From Promethearchaeia archaeon (lineage in GTDB: Archaea > Asgardarchaeota > Lokiarchaeia > Sigyniarchaeales > SOKP01): a stretch of 64,000 bases of DNA. The notes under the pieces were generated by a model, which searched no databases, was not told the DNA's origin, and saw only the letters and a list, made by a program, of their open reading frames with translations. The position numbers and the translations under genes are program-made. The stretch covers positions 32,001 through 96,000 of the forward strand of contig JAHQWG010000016.1 of NCBI GenBank assembly GCA_029856045.1, in the 5' to 3' direction. Each line of letters begins with the position of its first letter. Position 1 is the first letter of the stretch. Below, piece by piece: positions 40,950 to 51,300 of this stretch.

Positions 40950-43900
40950 TTATTTTTTTAACTTCCAATATTTTTTCCCACTTTGAATATTAGCTAAGAC
41001 TTTATTTTCCCGTTCAAGCTGTTTAAGTTTAACTTGTAATAATCGGGCATCCATCATATCACTGATTCCTAATCTAAATATCAAGTGCTTAATTGATTGC
41101 CATTCTTCATTTAATATAGAGAAGATTTTTTCTGTTGTTATTACAGGTAATGATGTTTGTACAGTTTTCTTTATAGGTTTTTTAATAGGTGTTATTTTTG
41201 GGGGAGTTCCAAGTTTTTTAGCCATTGCTATGGGTTGAGAGGTTTTAGGTTTTGAAATTAATGGTTTTGTAATTAGTTTTTTAGGAGTGGAAGTTTTCTT
41301 TGGAATAGTGGTAGGAATTTTTCCTATAGATGTAGGAACCTTAGTTTTTATAGATGGTGTAATTATTTTTGCTGGTTGAGGTTTAGGAGAGATTTGAGGT
41401 GTTTTAATAGCAGGTTTCGGTATTTCCGATATAATTTTTGATGGAATTATTGGAGGTTTTTCAACTTTAGGTACTTCTGGCAATAACACCTTCTCTGGTT
41501 TTTCACCTATAGCACTACGCAATAGATTTTCTAATTCAACCTTTTTCAATTTATTTTTGTATTTATCTTCATTTTTTGCAATATTATAAAGAGAATTAAC
41601 AAAAATTGGAATAAATTTCAAAATTTTTTTCTCTCTATCCATACCTCTACGTATTTTTTCTCTTCTGTTTAAATAACTCTTAATCTGGAGACCAATTTTC
41701 TGTAGAGTTAATTTAATTTCGGTCATTAAAATTTCGTCTTCAGCCAACGCATTTTTTGACTGAGATTTAAACATAAGATGAACAAATGGACCAGAAACAT
41801 TTATTATTAATCTAAGAGGCCCTTTAGGCAAGCCGTTATCATAAACATCCAATCTGTAATTCTCCTTCCACTTGACGGATTGTGCTGCTTTCATTATAGC
41901 ACAATCTGCACTATCTCGCAATTTCGATGTGCGATTAACATATCTTAAAAGAATATCCCTAGGTAATTTTGGACTCTCTAATCCCTCTTTATAAGCTAAT
42001 GCAGCCTCAACCACAAATGCAAGACCTTTTCCACTCGTAGGTGATCTAGTTTCAGCTGCAACAAAATCTTTTGGCATCATTTCATTGATTTCTCTTTGAG
42101 TTTCATTTTCAGTGATACTTTGAAGATCAATTTTGGATTCATCAATATCTTCGAGATTAGTAGAAACGTTTAGATTATATTCGTCAATTAAAATGTTTTT
42201 TAATATAGTTGAGCTTATGGGTATTGCTGTATCGGTCGGGGGAGATAAGTATTTCATAGATTTAAAAGCTAGAAATAACTCATTAAATTGATCACTTGTT
42301 ATTTCAGCTGGTTTAGTTTTAGAAATTAAAACCTTTTTAATTAATTCTAAATTCTTTGTTCGAACTTCAGAAGATTTAAGTTCTGTAATTCCATCTTTAA
42401 TATTTTCAAATTTATCTTCTAATTTCTTTTTAATTTCAACTTTTTGCTTTTCCTTTCTATCAATTTCATTATTAAGGTTATTTATACTTTTTCTTATTAT
42501 ATTTTCTCGCTTCTTAGTAATTTTTTCTTTCTCAAATTCATTTTTCGTAGATTTTATTTTTTTCTGTATTCCTTTAATTTCTTTACATTCTTGATTGAAT
42601 TGTTCGATTAAATCCCAGTATGTTTTTTTTAGGTCCATATTTTCAATTTTATAGGTTATTAACTGGTCTCTTTTTTTTGTAGATTTTCCCCAGACTCTTG
42701 GTTCATAGCGCATTAAATGTATTGGAGAAGTCAATTTTGGGGCTCTATTAATATAAAATTTATCTACTACTAATAGGTTTAATTTCTCCTCCAATTGCTG
42801 TTCAGCTTTATTAGTTATAGTTTTTGCTATTTTTGAGCTCATTCTAACAAAACTGTCCTGTAGGAAGGAAGATATCGTTTTATGTTCAGATTTTGTAATA
42901 TAATCTTGAAAATCTCCAATATTTACAGAAGAGGGATGTGGTAACGCATATTTTGGTTCAGGCGGAAATTTATTAACCCTTCTGGAATAATTAAAGCTTT
43001 CATTATTCGGATCGATATATTTTATTGTAACATGAGGGTTCATAAGTGCTGTTTTTTTAATATATTCATCAACATAACGTGCTATATATTTAATATTCAA
43101 GTAATTCAATTTAATATAGGTTCCGTGAAGAAATGATGTTTCAATTTCTGTATGGGGTATTACATATTTCTTTTCATTTTTTGAAGTCGTAAAAAATTGA
43201 GAGGCTGTTGCATAAACATCAAACTGAGTTTTGGAAACAGCAATTATTGGTTCTCCTGTTGTATTTTGTGAATCACTAAATGCACTAGGAGCTCCAAATC
43301 CTTGACTACCTCTGGTTTGTTTTAATTTTACACTTTTACTTGATGCTAAGTAGATACCGAATTTTCTTAAATCAGAACGATTCATTCCAGTTCCATTATC
43401 AAAGATTTCAAAGGTATATCTCATTATATTCTTTTTTCCTAATTCATCTGTTAAAACAGAAGGAGCTTCAGATTCTGTTAATTTAATAATTATAATTGGC
43501 TCATTATCTACAATATGCTCAAATGGTAAGAGCAACTTCTCCATATCATGAATTAAATTTTTTACTAACTTCTCTTTTTTCTTTTTATCTCTTTTTTCTG
43601 TAGGTTTTTCTTCAGTGAGCATAATTTTTTTTGGACTTGTTTCTGTTTTTAATTCCGCTTCTGAAGTTTTATAACTTTCTCCATTAATTTCCAATATTAG
43701 ATCTTCATTTAATTTTGCTCCAAACTTAATAACATCAAAATCTTTATCTATAGTGAATTTGGTTTTTGATTCATTTTTTAATTGTTCCCATTGGAAAGAT
43801 TCGATCGCATCAATAGCATTATCCATGAATTCTGCTGCATATTGAACATGTTTCCAATGGCCAAACTCAAATCCAACTAATTGAGTTCTCTTTCTCATAA

Positions 43901-43967
43901 ATTCGGCAATAGTGCCTTCCTTTATTTTACCTTCTTCTTCGTCTAAACCTTTTTTTCTTGGGCTAAT
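40950..43967 (-). CDS. top6B: DNA topoisomerase VI subunit B, enlarged by insertions and a C-terminal extension (start uncertain)
   Basis: EFMDNAIDA, DNGTGM, QTRGSQGFG, HGT, NPH, PHP, RYVNR, FKSQSK. The frame is open upstream of ATG 43898 and encodes TIAEF; candidate start is ATT 43967. Confidence 0.88.
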   Translation of the reverse strand: MSPRKKGLDEEEGKIKEGTIAEFMRKRTQLVGFEFGHWKHVQYAAEFMDNAIDAIESFQWEQLKNESKTKFTIDKDFDVIKFGAKLNEDLILEINGESYKTSEAELKTETSPKKIMLTEEKPTEKRDKKKKEKLVKNLIHDMEKLLLPFEHIVDNEPIIIIKLTESEAPSVLTDELGKKNIMRYTFEIFDNGTGMNRSDLRKFGIYLASSKSVKLKQTRGSQGFGAPSAFSDSQNTTGEPIIAVSKTQFDVYATASQFFTTSKNEKKYVIPHTEIETSFLHGTYIKLNYLNIKYIARYVDEYIKKTALMNPHVTIKYIDPNNESFNYSRRVNKFPPEPKYALPHPSSVNIGDFQDYITKSEHKTISSFLQDSFVRMSSKIAKTITNKAEQQLEEKLNLLVVDKFYINRAPKLTSPIHLMRYEPRVWGKSTKKRDQLITYKIENMDLKKTYWDLIEQFNQECKEIKGIQKKIKSTKNEFEKEKITKKRENIIRKSINNLNNEIDRKEKQKVEIKKKLEDKFENIKDGITELKSSEVRTKNLELIKKVLISKTKPAEITSDQFNELFLAFKSMKYLSPPTDTAIPISSTILKNILIDEYNLNVSTNLEDIDESKIDLQSITENETQREINEMMPKDFVAAETRSPTSGKGLAFVVEAALAYKEGLESPKLPRDILLRYVNRTSKLRDSADCAIMKAAQSVKWKENYRLDVYDNGLPKGPLRLIINVSGPFVHLMFKSQSKNALAEDEILMTEIKLTLQKIGLQIKSYLNRREKIRRGMDREKKILKFIPIFVNSLYNIAKNEDKYKNKLKKVELENLLRSAIGEKPEKVLLPEVPKVEKPPIIPSKIISEIPKPAIKTPQISPKPQPAKIITPSIKTKVPTSIGKIPTTIPKKTSTPKKLITKPLISKPKTSQPIAMAKKLGTPPKITPIKKPIKKTVQTSLPVITTEKIFSILNEEWQSIKHLIFRLGISDMMDARLLQVKLKQLERENKVLANIQSGKKYWKLKK

Positions 43968-44252
43968 TTTAACTCTACCACAGAATGGGTGTTTTTTTTA
44001 TATATTTAAATTTAGTTGTATACTTATGATATATCTATATTATTAACTCTATAATTTGTTATCCGTATTAACTATTATATTGATCTACTTTACTACTTCT
44101 TTAATTTCTTTTTAATGTTTCAATTTTAATCAGAAATAATTCTAATATTTAAATCTTTTTCTTTAATTAAATTCAATTAAAAAAATGTGAATAACCCTAT
44201 TTAAAAATAAGGAGTTTATGTATTAACATCCAAAATAAAAGATATTGATTAA

Positions 44253-44753
44253 CTAAGAATTTTTTAATCTAAAGATTTCTAAGGAAACATCTATGATTTT
44301 TGATGCTACATATCGTTTTGTATTTAATGGAACGTGGGTAATATGTTTTTCTTTGTCAATAATAAAAACTTCATTTGTTTTGGTTCCGAACCCTCTTTCA
44401 TCACGTCCTACATCATTGGCGACTATTAAGTCCATATTTGATTTTAAAAGGCGTTTATAGGCTCTTTCGATAAGTTCCTTTTCTAAAACTTTCGTTTCAG
44501 CCTTAAAACCTACAATAAAAACGTTTTTATCCGTTTCTCTTGCTATATCAATAATTTTTGGAGTTAATCTTAATCCCAGTTTTAATTCTTCATTTTTATT
44601 CGAAGAGATTTTTCCTTCTAAGTATTGTTTTGGGGTATAATCACCAATTGCTGCTGCAGAAATGAAAAAATCATATTTATGTTTTGTTAATTCTTCTTTA
44701 GCCATATTTAAAAAATCATTTGTAGAAGTCGCTGGAACCATATCAATATATGC
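44253..44753 (-). pseudogene. coaBC: Orphaned 3' part of coaBC (C-terminal CoaB region), uninterrupted reading frame
   Basis: Aligns without gaps to the last 162 aa of 51767..53077 (117/162 identical by manual count). Homology extends to the A-Y-I codons and stops at 44753. Confidence 0.9.
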
Positions 44754-44934
44754 AGATTCGTCGATAAATTTGTTAAAATTGGAATAAACTCAAATTTAAC
44801 TGACAATACGGAACAAAATCGTATGAGAAATAATCTCTTAGATATGAAATTAAATAAAAAAAAAGTTGTTTTAATTTTTTTTGAGTTTTTGAACTTTTCT
44901 TCATTTAAATACTTTCAATATATTGGTAATAAAA

Positions 44935-45195
44935 ATGGCTAAATTAAATTTTAAATTTCTGAACATTATTGATATTTTTATTAATGATTTAGGTACTGCT
45001 TTAGGAGAATTTTGGGAGTTTATGAGATCAGTTCTCTCATTAAGTGGTCTCTTTGGAGCTGTATATTTCCTTATAATGATATTAATTGGAAAACACATAG
45101 GCGTAAAACCCCCTGTAAAAACATTGATAGTTTCAATAACATTACTGACAATTTTTGGGCCAGACTATGGTCTGAGGTATTTTAGAATAATATAG
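44935..45195 (+). CDS. Small two-TM membrane protein (pilin/CedA1-like topology)
   Basis: ATG at 44935 (ORF track starts at TTG 44923); amphipathic helix and two hydrophobic segments; first gene of the operon. Confidence 0.6.
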   Translation: MAKLNFKFLNIIDIFINDLGTALGEFWEFMRSVLSLSGLFGAVYFLIMILIGKHIGVKPPVKTLIVSITLLTIFGPDYGLRYFRII

Positions 45196-45242
45196 TAAGA
45201 AGTAGTAAAATGTAAGTTTAAAAATAAAAAGTGGTTTAAAAA

Positions 45243-48200
45243 ATGGTATATATGTTTGAAATGTTCTTCCAGATTTTGCTGCTATTAACATGTGTTTTTG
45301 GAATCTTTGTAATTCTTGGTTTATTATTTTCAAAAAAAAATAGAGGAAAAATTTTTAAAAAAGCATTGTATTTATGCATTCCTCTGTGTAGCCTACTCCT
45401 TTTATTTTGGAGTTTTTTCATACTAGAAACTAACATATATAGATCTTTCGATTCGTTTATTGTTCTTATCTTTGAACTGGAATTTTTAGGCATATTAATT
45501 TGTATTGTTGCATTGTATTTTAATCTTAAAAAACACCCCCGACCCCCAAATCTTATCTATATCCTTGCAGTTTTCATGATTTTTCTCTCTCACATAGTGC
45601 TCGCAGGTCTAATGGCAGATTTATTTCGCGGGACCGTTGTTTCGATCATAATTGCCCTAATTGTATTTTTATATAATGACTTTTTTAGAGGTAAATTTAA
45701 ATCAGTAATACATACTATTCAAATGAATTTAAGAACTCCATTTTTTATTAGGAGAACTAATTTTGAAAGCAAACTGCCTGTAATTAATTCTGAGTATTTA
45801 CCGTGTGATTATGAAATGGATAATGCTAGTGACATAAACGAGAAAGATAATGAAGGAATAAAAACCAAAAAAATGAGGAGAGTAAAATTCTGGCATGCAG
45901 TCGTTGTGATAACCCAACCTCCAATCAATGATCAATTTAATAACAGAAATTGGGAAAAAACATGGCTTAAAAATTTTTTTAATAAGAAATCTTCATATGC
46001 TCTTAGACTTAAAATCCATAATAAGCTTCAATGGGAATTTTTTATGAATGTTCGTAATAGGTTTGGGGCAATAAGAGCAGGTAAAGCAATTCTCACAGAA
46101 TTAAAGCATATTTACCAAGGATTGGATGGAATAATTAAAGTAGTTCCAATCACCTCAGATGATCTTTATCAAAAAAGAATATTTTATGAAATTTTCCTTC
46201 CAAAACCGCCATTTATGAATAAAATTTTATTCATCGAAAAAGCAATAAAAATTTTTGATCAGACTCAGAATGAAATCGAGATATATATCTTATGGAAAGA
46301 AGCTCATCCCTATAAACGCGAAAAAATCCGATTAAAAATTAATGATATGATCTATGAGGACAATTATACTAAAAATAAAATTTTTGAGATGTGGACAGCG
46401 GTTCCGTTTAAGATTAGGATTTTTATTGCATCTAAGGTCCATTCGGAAGACCCTAATGAAATAGAAGAGCAAGAAGCGGACCTTCAAGGGATATTAAAAA
46501 CACTATTAATGGATATTAAAAACGAAAAAAAACGGGCACATTTTAAAAGAACCTCATCTGGAACGTATATCGACATCTTAAAGATAAATCATTATAAAGG
46601 CAGGGTAATCACCCATAAAGTGATAGATTTCGATTTCCCGAAAAATATTCCGTTATTAAAAGCACCAATATTATCAGTTGAAAATATTAAGGATAAATCT
46701 GTTTCAATTAATGATAAAAATCATATTGCCCTAGGATTGCAATACCACGTGGGAGTCTTAACAAAAAATATTGGATATGTACATATAGATGCTTTTGCTT
46801 CAAGCTGCTTTATAGGCGGGCTTTCTGGTACCGGAAAAACTTACTTGATTCTTTGGATTATCAAGGAATTGGCATCTAAACACTCTGAAGTAGGAATTTT
46901 GAATATTAACATTAGTAAAGAAAATCAACAGGAGTTATATGAAAAAGGTTTTAACGTAATTAAGTACGGTGATCCGGAATTTAAAGTTCCTTATTATGTT
47001 AAAGGGTCAAATCCAGATCAAACGCGTCAAGAAACATCATCAATTTTAGCAGCAAGTTTAGGATTAAATAATGTAGTTATTAATCTGCTTTTAAATGTAA
47101 TGCAACAATATGATGAGCAATTAGGAGATCAACCCGAATCACTGATGGTATTATTTAATACACTCATAATTTTCATGGAAAAAAACCCATATCACGAGAA
47201 ACTTCAAACAAATCTATTACGAGCAATTAAAAATCGAATAATGCCGCTCTTAGCCGGTAAAACATTTCATGATACAGTAATATACACCCAAAAGATACCA
47301 AAATGGTTTGTTGATTGGCAAAATGGAGAAAATGTTTTCCTTGATTTAAGCATGTGTAATGAATTTCAGAAACGATTATTAATCATGCTAGTCCTTCAAA
47401 TGGTTAGAACTTTAACTCCAAAAGGAGAAGCAGGTAAATTAACAAATCTAATCATAATTGATGAGTCTAAAAACATAGTTCGAAAACCAACTAACAATAA
47501 CCCATATGATTATGATTTCATTTCAAAGGAACAATTAGAGGAGATATTTATCAAATTAGTTTCAGAATTTCGAGCATTGGGAGTAGGATTTCTTTTTGCA
47601 GACCAATATCCTTCGTTATTATTTCCTTGTGTAGTAAAAGTAAGCCTTCAAATAATCTTTCGCGTTAAATACCCTTGCAATACTATCTTCACCGAAAATT
47701 ATGGCGATAGAGATTTATTACCAAATTTAAAAAACCGTGTAGCGTTGGTAATGAATGGTATTGAGAGTGAAAATTTTCTAATACAAACGCCGGACTATGC
47801 ACCTCCTAAGCAACCACAAGTTAATTTAACTTCTTCACAAGCTTTTCAGTCAAAACCTGAAAAGAAAAAACAAGAAAGACTTACTTTACTCGAAAAAATA
47901 TTTGAAAACCCGAATTGTCTAGTTCTAATGGACATAAAAGTTGATATAAAATTAAATAATTACTTCAAAGAGAAAATTAAGAAACTTGAAAAGAAAAAAA
48001 AAATAAAAGAACTTTATTGCCTAAAATATGCCATTTTTTATTATCAACTTAGAAAAAAAGTGGAACGAGCGCTTAGTCCAAATATTGAAAGGAATATTGA
48101 TCTCTATGGTTATATTTATTCTTTAACACAATTTTTATATCAAAGAGGATGGGAATTAGACCTTAAAATATATGATGATTTCATGTCATTTGGTTCCTTG

Positions 48201-48341
48201 CATGATTATTTCTTATTAAATAAGCCGGGAATAGAACATGAGATTAAGCGGTTAAATCACTCCTTTATGGCATTATATAACGAAATTTGTCCTATAATAA
48301 AACCGTTTGAACAGGATCAAAAAGATAAAGCGGTGATTTAA
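45243..48341 (+). CDS. Membrane-anchored HerA/VirB4/FtsK-superfamily ATPase
   Basis: 4-5 N-terminal TM helices, Walker A GLSGTGKT, Walker B LIIIDE, and FRALGVGFLFADQYPS matching the R..G.....tQ.Ps motif. Confidence 0.82.
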   Translation: MVYMFEMFFQILLLLTCVFGIFVILGLLFSKKNRGKIFKKALYLCIPLCSLLLLFWSFFILETNIYRSFDSFIVLIFELEFLGILICIVALYFNLKKHPRPPNLIYILAVFMIFLSHIVLAGLMADLFRGTVVSIIIALIVFLYNDFFRGKFKSVIHTIQMNLRTPFFIRRTNFESKLPVINSEYLPCDYEMDNASDINEKDNEGIKTKKMRRVKFWHAVVVITQPPINDQFNNRNWEKTWLKNFFNKKSSYALRLKIHNKLQWEFFMNVRNRFGAIRAGKAILTELKHIYQGLDGIIKVVPITSDDLYQKRIFYEIFLPKPPFMNKILFIEKAIKIFDQTQNEIEIYILWKEAHPYKREKIRLKINDMIYEDNYTKNKIFEMWTAVPFKIRIFIASKVHSEDPNEIEEQEADLQGILKTLLMDIKNEKKRAHFKRTSSGTYIDILKINHYKGRVITHKVIDFDFPKNIPLLKAPILSVENIKDKSVSINDKNHIALGLQYHVGVLTKNIGYVHIDAFASSCFIGGLSGTGKTYLILWIIKELASKHSEVGILNINISKENQQELYEKGFNVIKYGDPEFKVPYYVKGSNPDQTRQETSSILAASLGLNNVVINLLLNVMQQYDEQLGDQPESLMVLFNTLIIFMEKNPYHEKLQTNLLRAIKNRIMPLLAGKTFHDTVIYTQKIPKWFVDWQNGENVFLDLSMCNEFQKRLLIMLVLQMVRTLTPKGEAGKLTNLIIIDESKNIVRKPTNNNPYDYDFISKEQLEEIFIKLVSEFRALGVGFLFADQYPSLLFPCVVKVSLQIIFRVKYPCNTIFTENYGDRDLLPNLKNRVALVMNGIESENFLIQTPDYAPPKQPQVNLTSSQAFQSKPEKKKQERLTLLEKIFENPNCLVLMDIKVDIKLNNYFKEKIKKLEKKKKIKELYCLKYAIFYYQLRKKVERALSPNIERNIDLYGYIYSLTQFLYQRGWELDLKIYDDFMSFGSLHDYFLLNKPGIEHEIKRLNHSFMALYNEICPIIKPFEQDQKDKAVI

Positions 48342-48342
48342 A

Positions 48343-51300
48343 ATGGTTGAAGGCGAAAGTGGTGGAGATGCAAGTCGAGACACAAGCGGAGATACAAGTG
48401 GAGATGCAGGAGAAGATACAGAAGGAGATAGTGAAGTAGATTATGAGGAAGGTCGCACAAAGGAAGAAGTAGAAGGTTATGATTCTCAGCAAGAATCTGA
48501 AGAAACAGAGAGTGTTCACAGTGAAGCTGAAGAATCTCCTACAATCGAAGATGAATTAAAAGAGATAGAAGAAGAACCTATTCAAGATGAGCTTCCAATG
48601 AGTGAAAATGATATAGAAAATCCAGATGATTTACTATCTGATGATGATCTTCCCATGAGAGGAGAAGATTTAAAGGATTCTGAAGAGAATTTAGATCTCC
48701 AAGAACTTCCCCAAACATTTGATGAAGTAGAAAAAGCAATTAAGGAAAGTGAGGAGCGACTTGACCTTACTGAGGTCCCCCAAACCTTCGATGAGGTTGA
48801 AAAAGCACTTAAGGAAAGTAAGGAACGACTTGACCTTTCAGAGATTCCTCAAACCTTCGATGAGGTTGAAAAAGCACTTAAGGAGAGTGAAGAGCGACTT
48901 GACCTTACTGAGGTCCCCCAAACATTCGATGAGGTTGAAAAAGCACTTAAAGAGAGTGAAGAGCGACTTAACCTTTCTGAAGTTCCTAAATCAATAGATG
49001 AATTAAACGCGTTAGAAGATTACCAAAACAAGAATATTGTTAAAAATTCAATTCGCAACATAATGCGAATGAGTCCAGAACAGCGGGAAAGTCATGGATT
49101 GCCTAGAGAATATACAAACCATGAGTTGGATATATTTTTTGCGCAAATTGATACTACTGCGACTTTAGATAGCAATAATGCCAAACCAAGTGAAGTTAGT
49201 AATCCAGAAGGCTCAGGACCATTTTCTCGTAATGGTTCATTTGATGGAAAATCTGAGGGTTTAAAAAAGGAAAGTGTAAATAAAATTATAGATAAAGAAA
49301 TGACATCAGATTCAGATATTAAACAAAAAGAAACATCATCTACTCTCAATAAAGATATAGAAAAGAGTTCTATTGATAATTATAAAAGCAAACTTGCTAA
49401 TATTGATTGGAAAAGACAATATCTACAAACAAAAAAAGGCATGGAGGAAACAAGTAATGAAAAATCGGAATTTGATATAAATAATTTAGAGAAAATTGAA
49501 AACACATTAGACTCGAAAAAAATAGAATTAGCTACTATTAATGACAAAATAAAAAAAGATAATAAAGATTTGAAAGAATGGGAAAAACTAAAAAAAGAAA
49601 AAAAAGAAGAAGGAAAATCAAAGAAAAAAATAGAGGAATTAAATAAAGAAAACTTAAAAAATAAATCTGAATCGGAAATTGAACAATTAAACATTATTTC
49701 TGGAAAAAATAGAAATGACACTTCTGAAGATTTATTAAAGAATGATTTGTCAATTTTTGCAACAAAAAGATCTTGGAAAGATTGGACATACGAAATGTTA
49801 TTGGAAGAATTTACAAAAATATGTTATAAACTAGGAGTTAAAGATGGTTTTGCACCAACTAAAACCCAGATTGAAAATATCGAATATCGCTATATTATGA
49901 GTGGAATAACATCTTTACGGAAAATGTATAAGAAAAAAGGAATAGATAAAAAAATTAATTATTCGACATTAGTAAAGGACGCAGGATTTAATATAAAACA
50001 TGATATATATAAATACTCGAATATTAGAACTTTAAAAGAAGCGGCGGAGAAATTAATGTCCATAAAAGATAAATTAGGAATTTTACGGGAACGACCACCA
50101 ACAAGAGCCGAATTAGAAGATGGAGGATACTCTGGTTTTTTAAATATGTTTCGCAATAAAAAATTTACATATAACGATGCTGTGAGAGCAGCAGGTTTAA
50201 TTCCAAATTACGACTCTCAAAAATGGATGTGGCTGGATAAAGGTGATACTCTATATTTAGCGAGTAATTATTTTAAAAAGATATATGAGCAAAAATTGAA
50301 GAATTTACTAGATTTAGAGAACAATAAAGCTCCTAGAAGTGGCGATTTGATTGAATACGGGCCAAAAGGATTTTATTACGCTGTTGTTGATCGAGGATTC
50401 ACTTATAATGAGTTGGTTAGAGCAGCTAGCTTATATCCAAATGTAGAACCTTTTAAATGGGGTAATACTTTCAATATTGTTGATGCTAAGGATTATTTAA
50501 TGAAACTAATTAATTCAGGTGCTTTAGATCATTTGGAATTATCAGAGGGAGAATCTCCTACCATTCAACAGCTTAAAAATAGTAATAATGATTTTGTTCA
50601 AAAATTTTCGAAGCAAGGAATAAAATACAACGATATATTACGATTAACGGGATTACAACCTAATCATGAGCCTTATAAATATTACAATTATAAGATTTCT
50701 GATTTCATAGGTCTTTTTAAAGAGATAATGGATACTAATGAAATTAAAGATTTAAATTTAGGTGTTAGAGAAGCACCTACATTAAGACAATTATATGAGT
50801 TGGGATTTGGTTTTTTTCCTAGTGCGATACAAAAGAAGGAGATTAATTATAACGAGATATTAAGAAAATCTGGATATGACATTAATCATGAAATTCGTAA
50901 ATATGAGGGATATTCAAATAATGATTTCAAACAAGAGGTAAAGAAAATAATTCTTGGCTCTTTTCTTAGAGATGAATTAAATCTTACAACTAAGGAAGCC
51001 CCTACTATAAAACAACTAATAAATCTGGGCTATGGAGATATAATTCATCAACTGATTGATCGAAAAATAAGTTATAACGATGTTGTTAAAGATGCTGATT
51101 TAGTCCCTAATATGTTCCAGACTAGTCAAGAGATAGGGAAAATACTTCACCCAATCCTAGAATACTTTTTTATGATCCATACAATTTCAAAAAATATTAA
51201 TTCTTATTTCGAAATAAGACCTAGTATTTTAGATAATCGGAAGCAATGCGACATTACGATACTATATCCTGAAACTTATTACATTGCCCCTTCAAAAAAT

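Noticed and set aside
48749-48997. 82-aa repetitive ORF in an alternative frame
   Set aside because: It is a by-product of the 69-bp tandem repeat inside the 1129-aa gene.
48682-49002. Regular repeats as a possible CRISPR array
   Set aside because: The units are contiguous 69-bp in-frame coding repeats with no unique spacers, and no cas genes are nearby.
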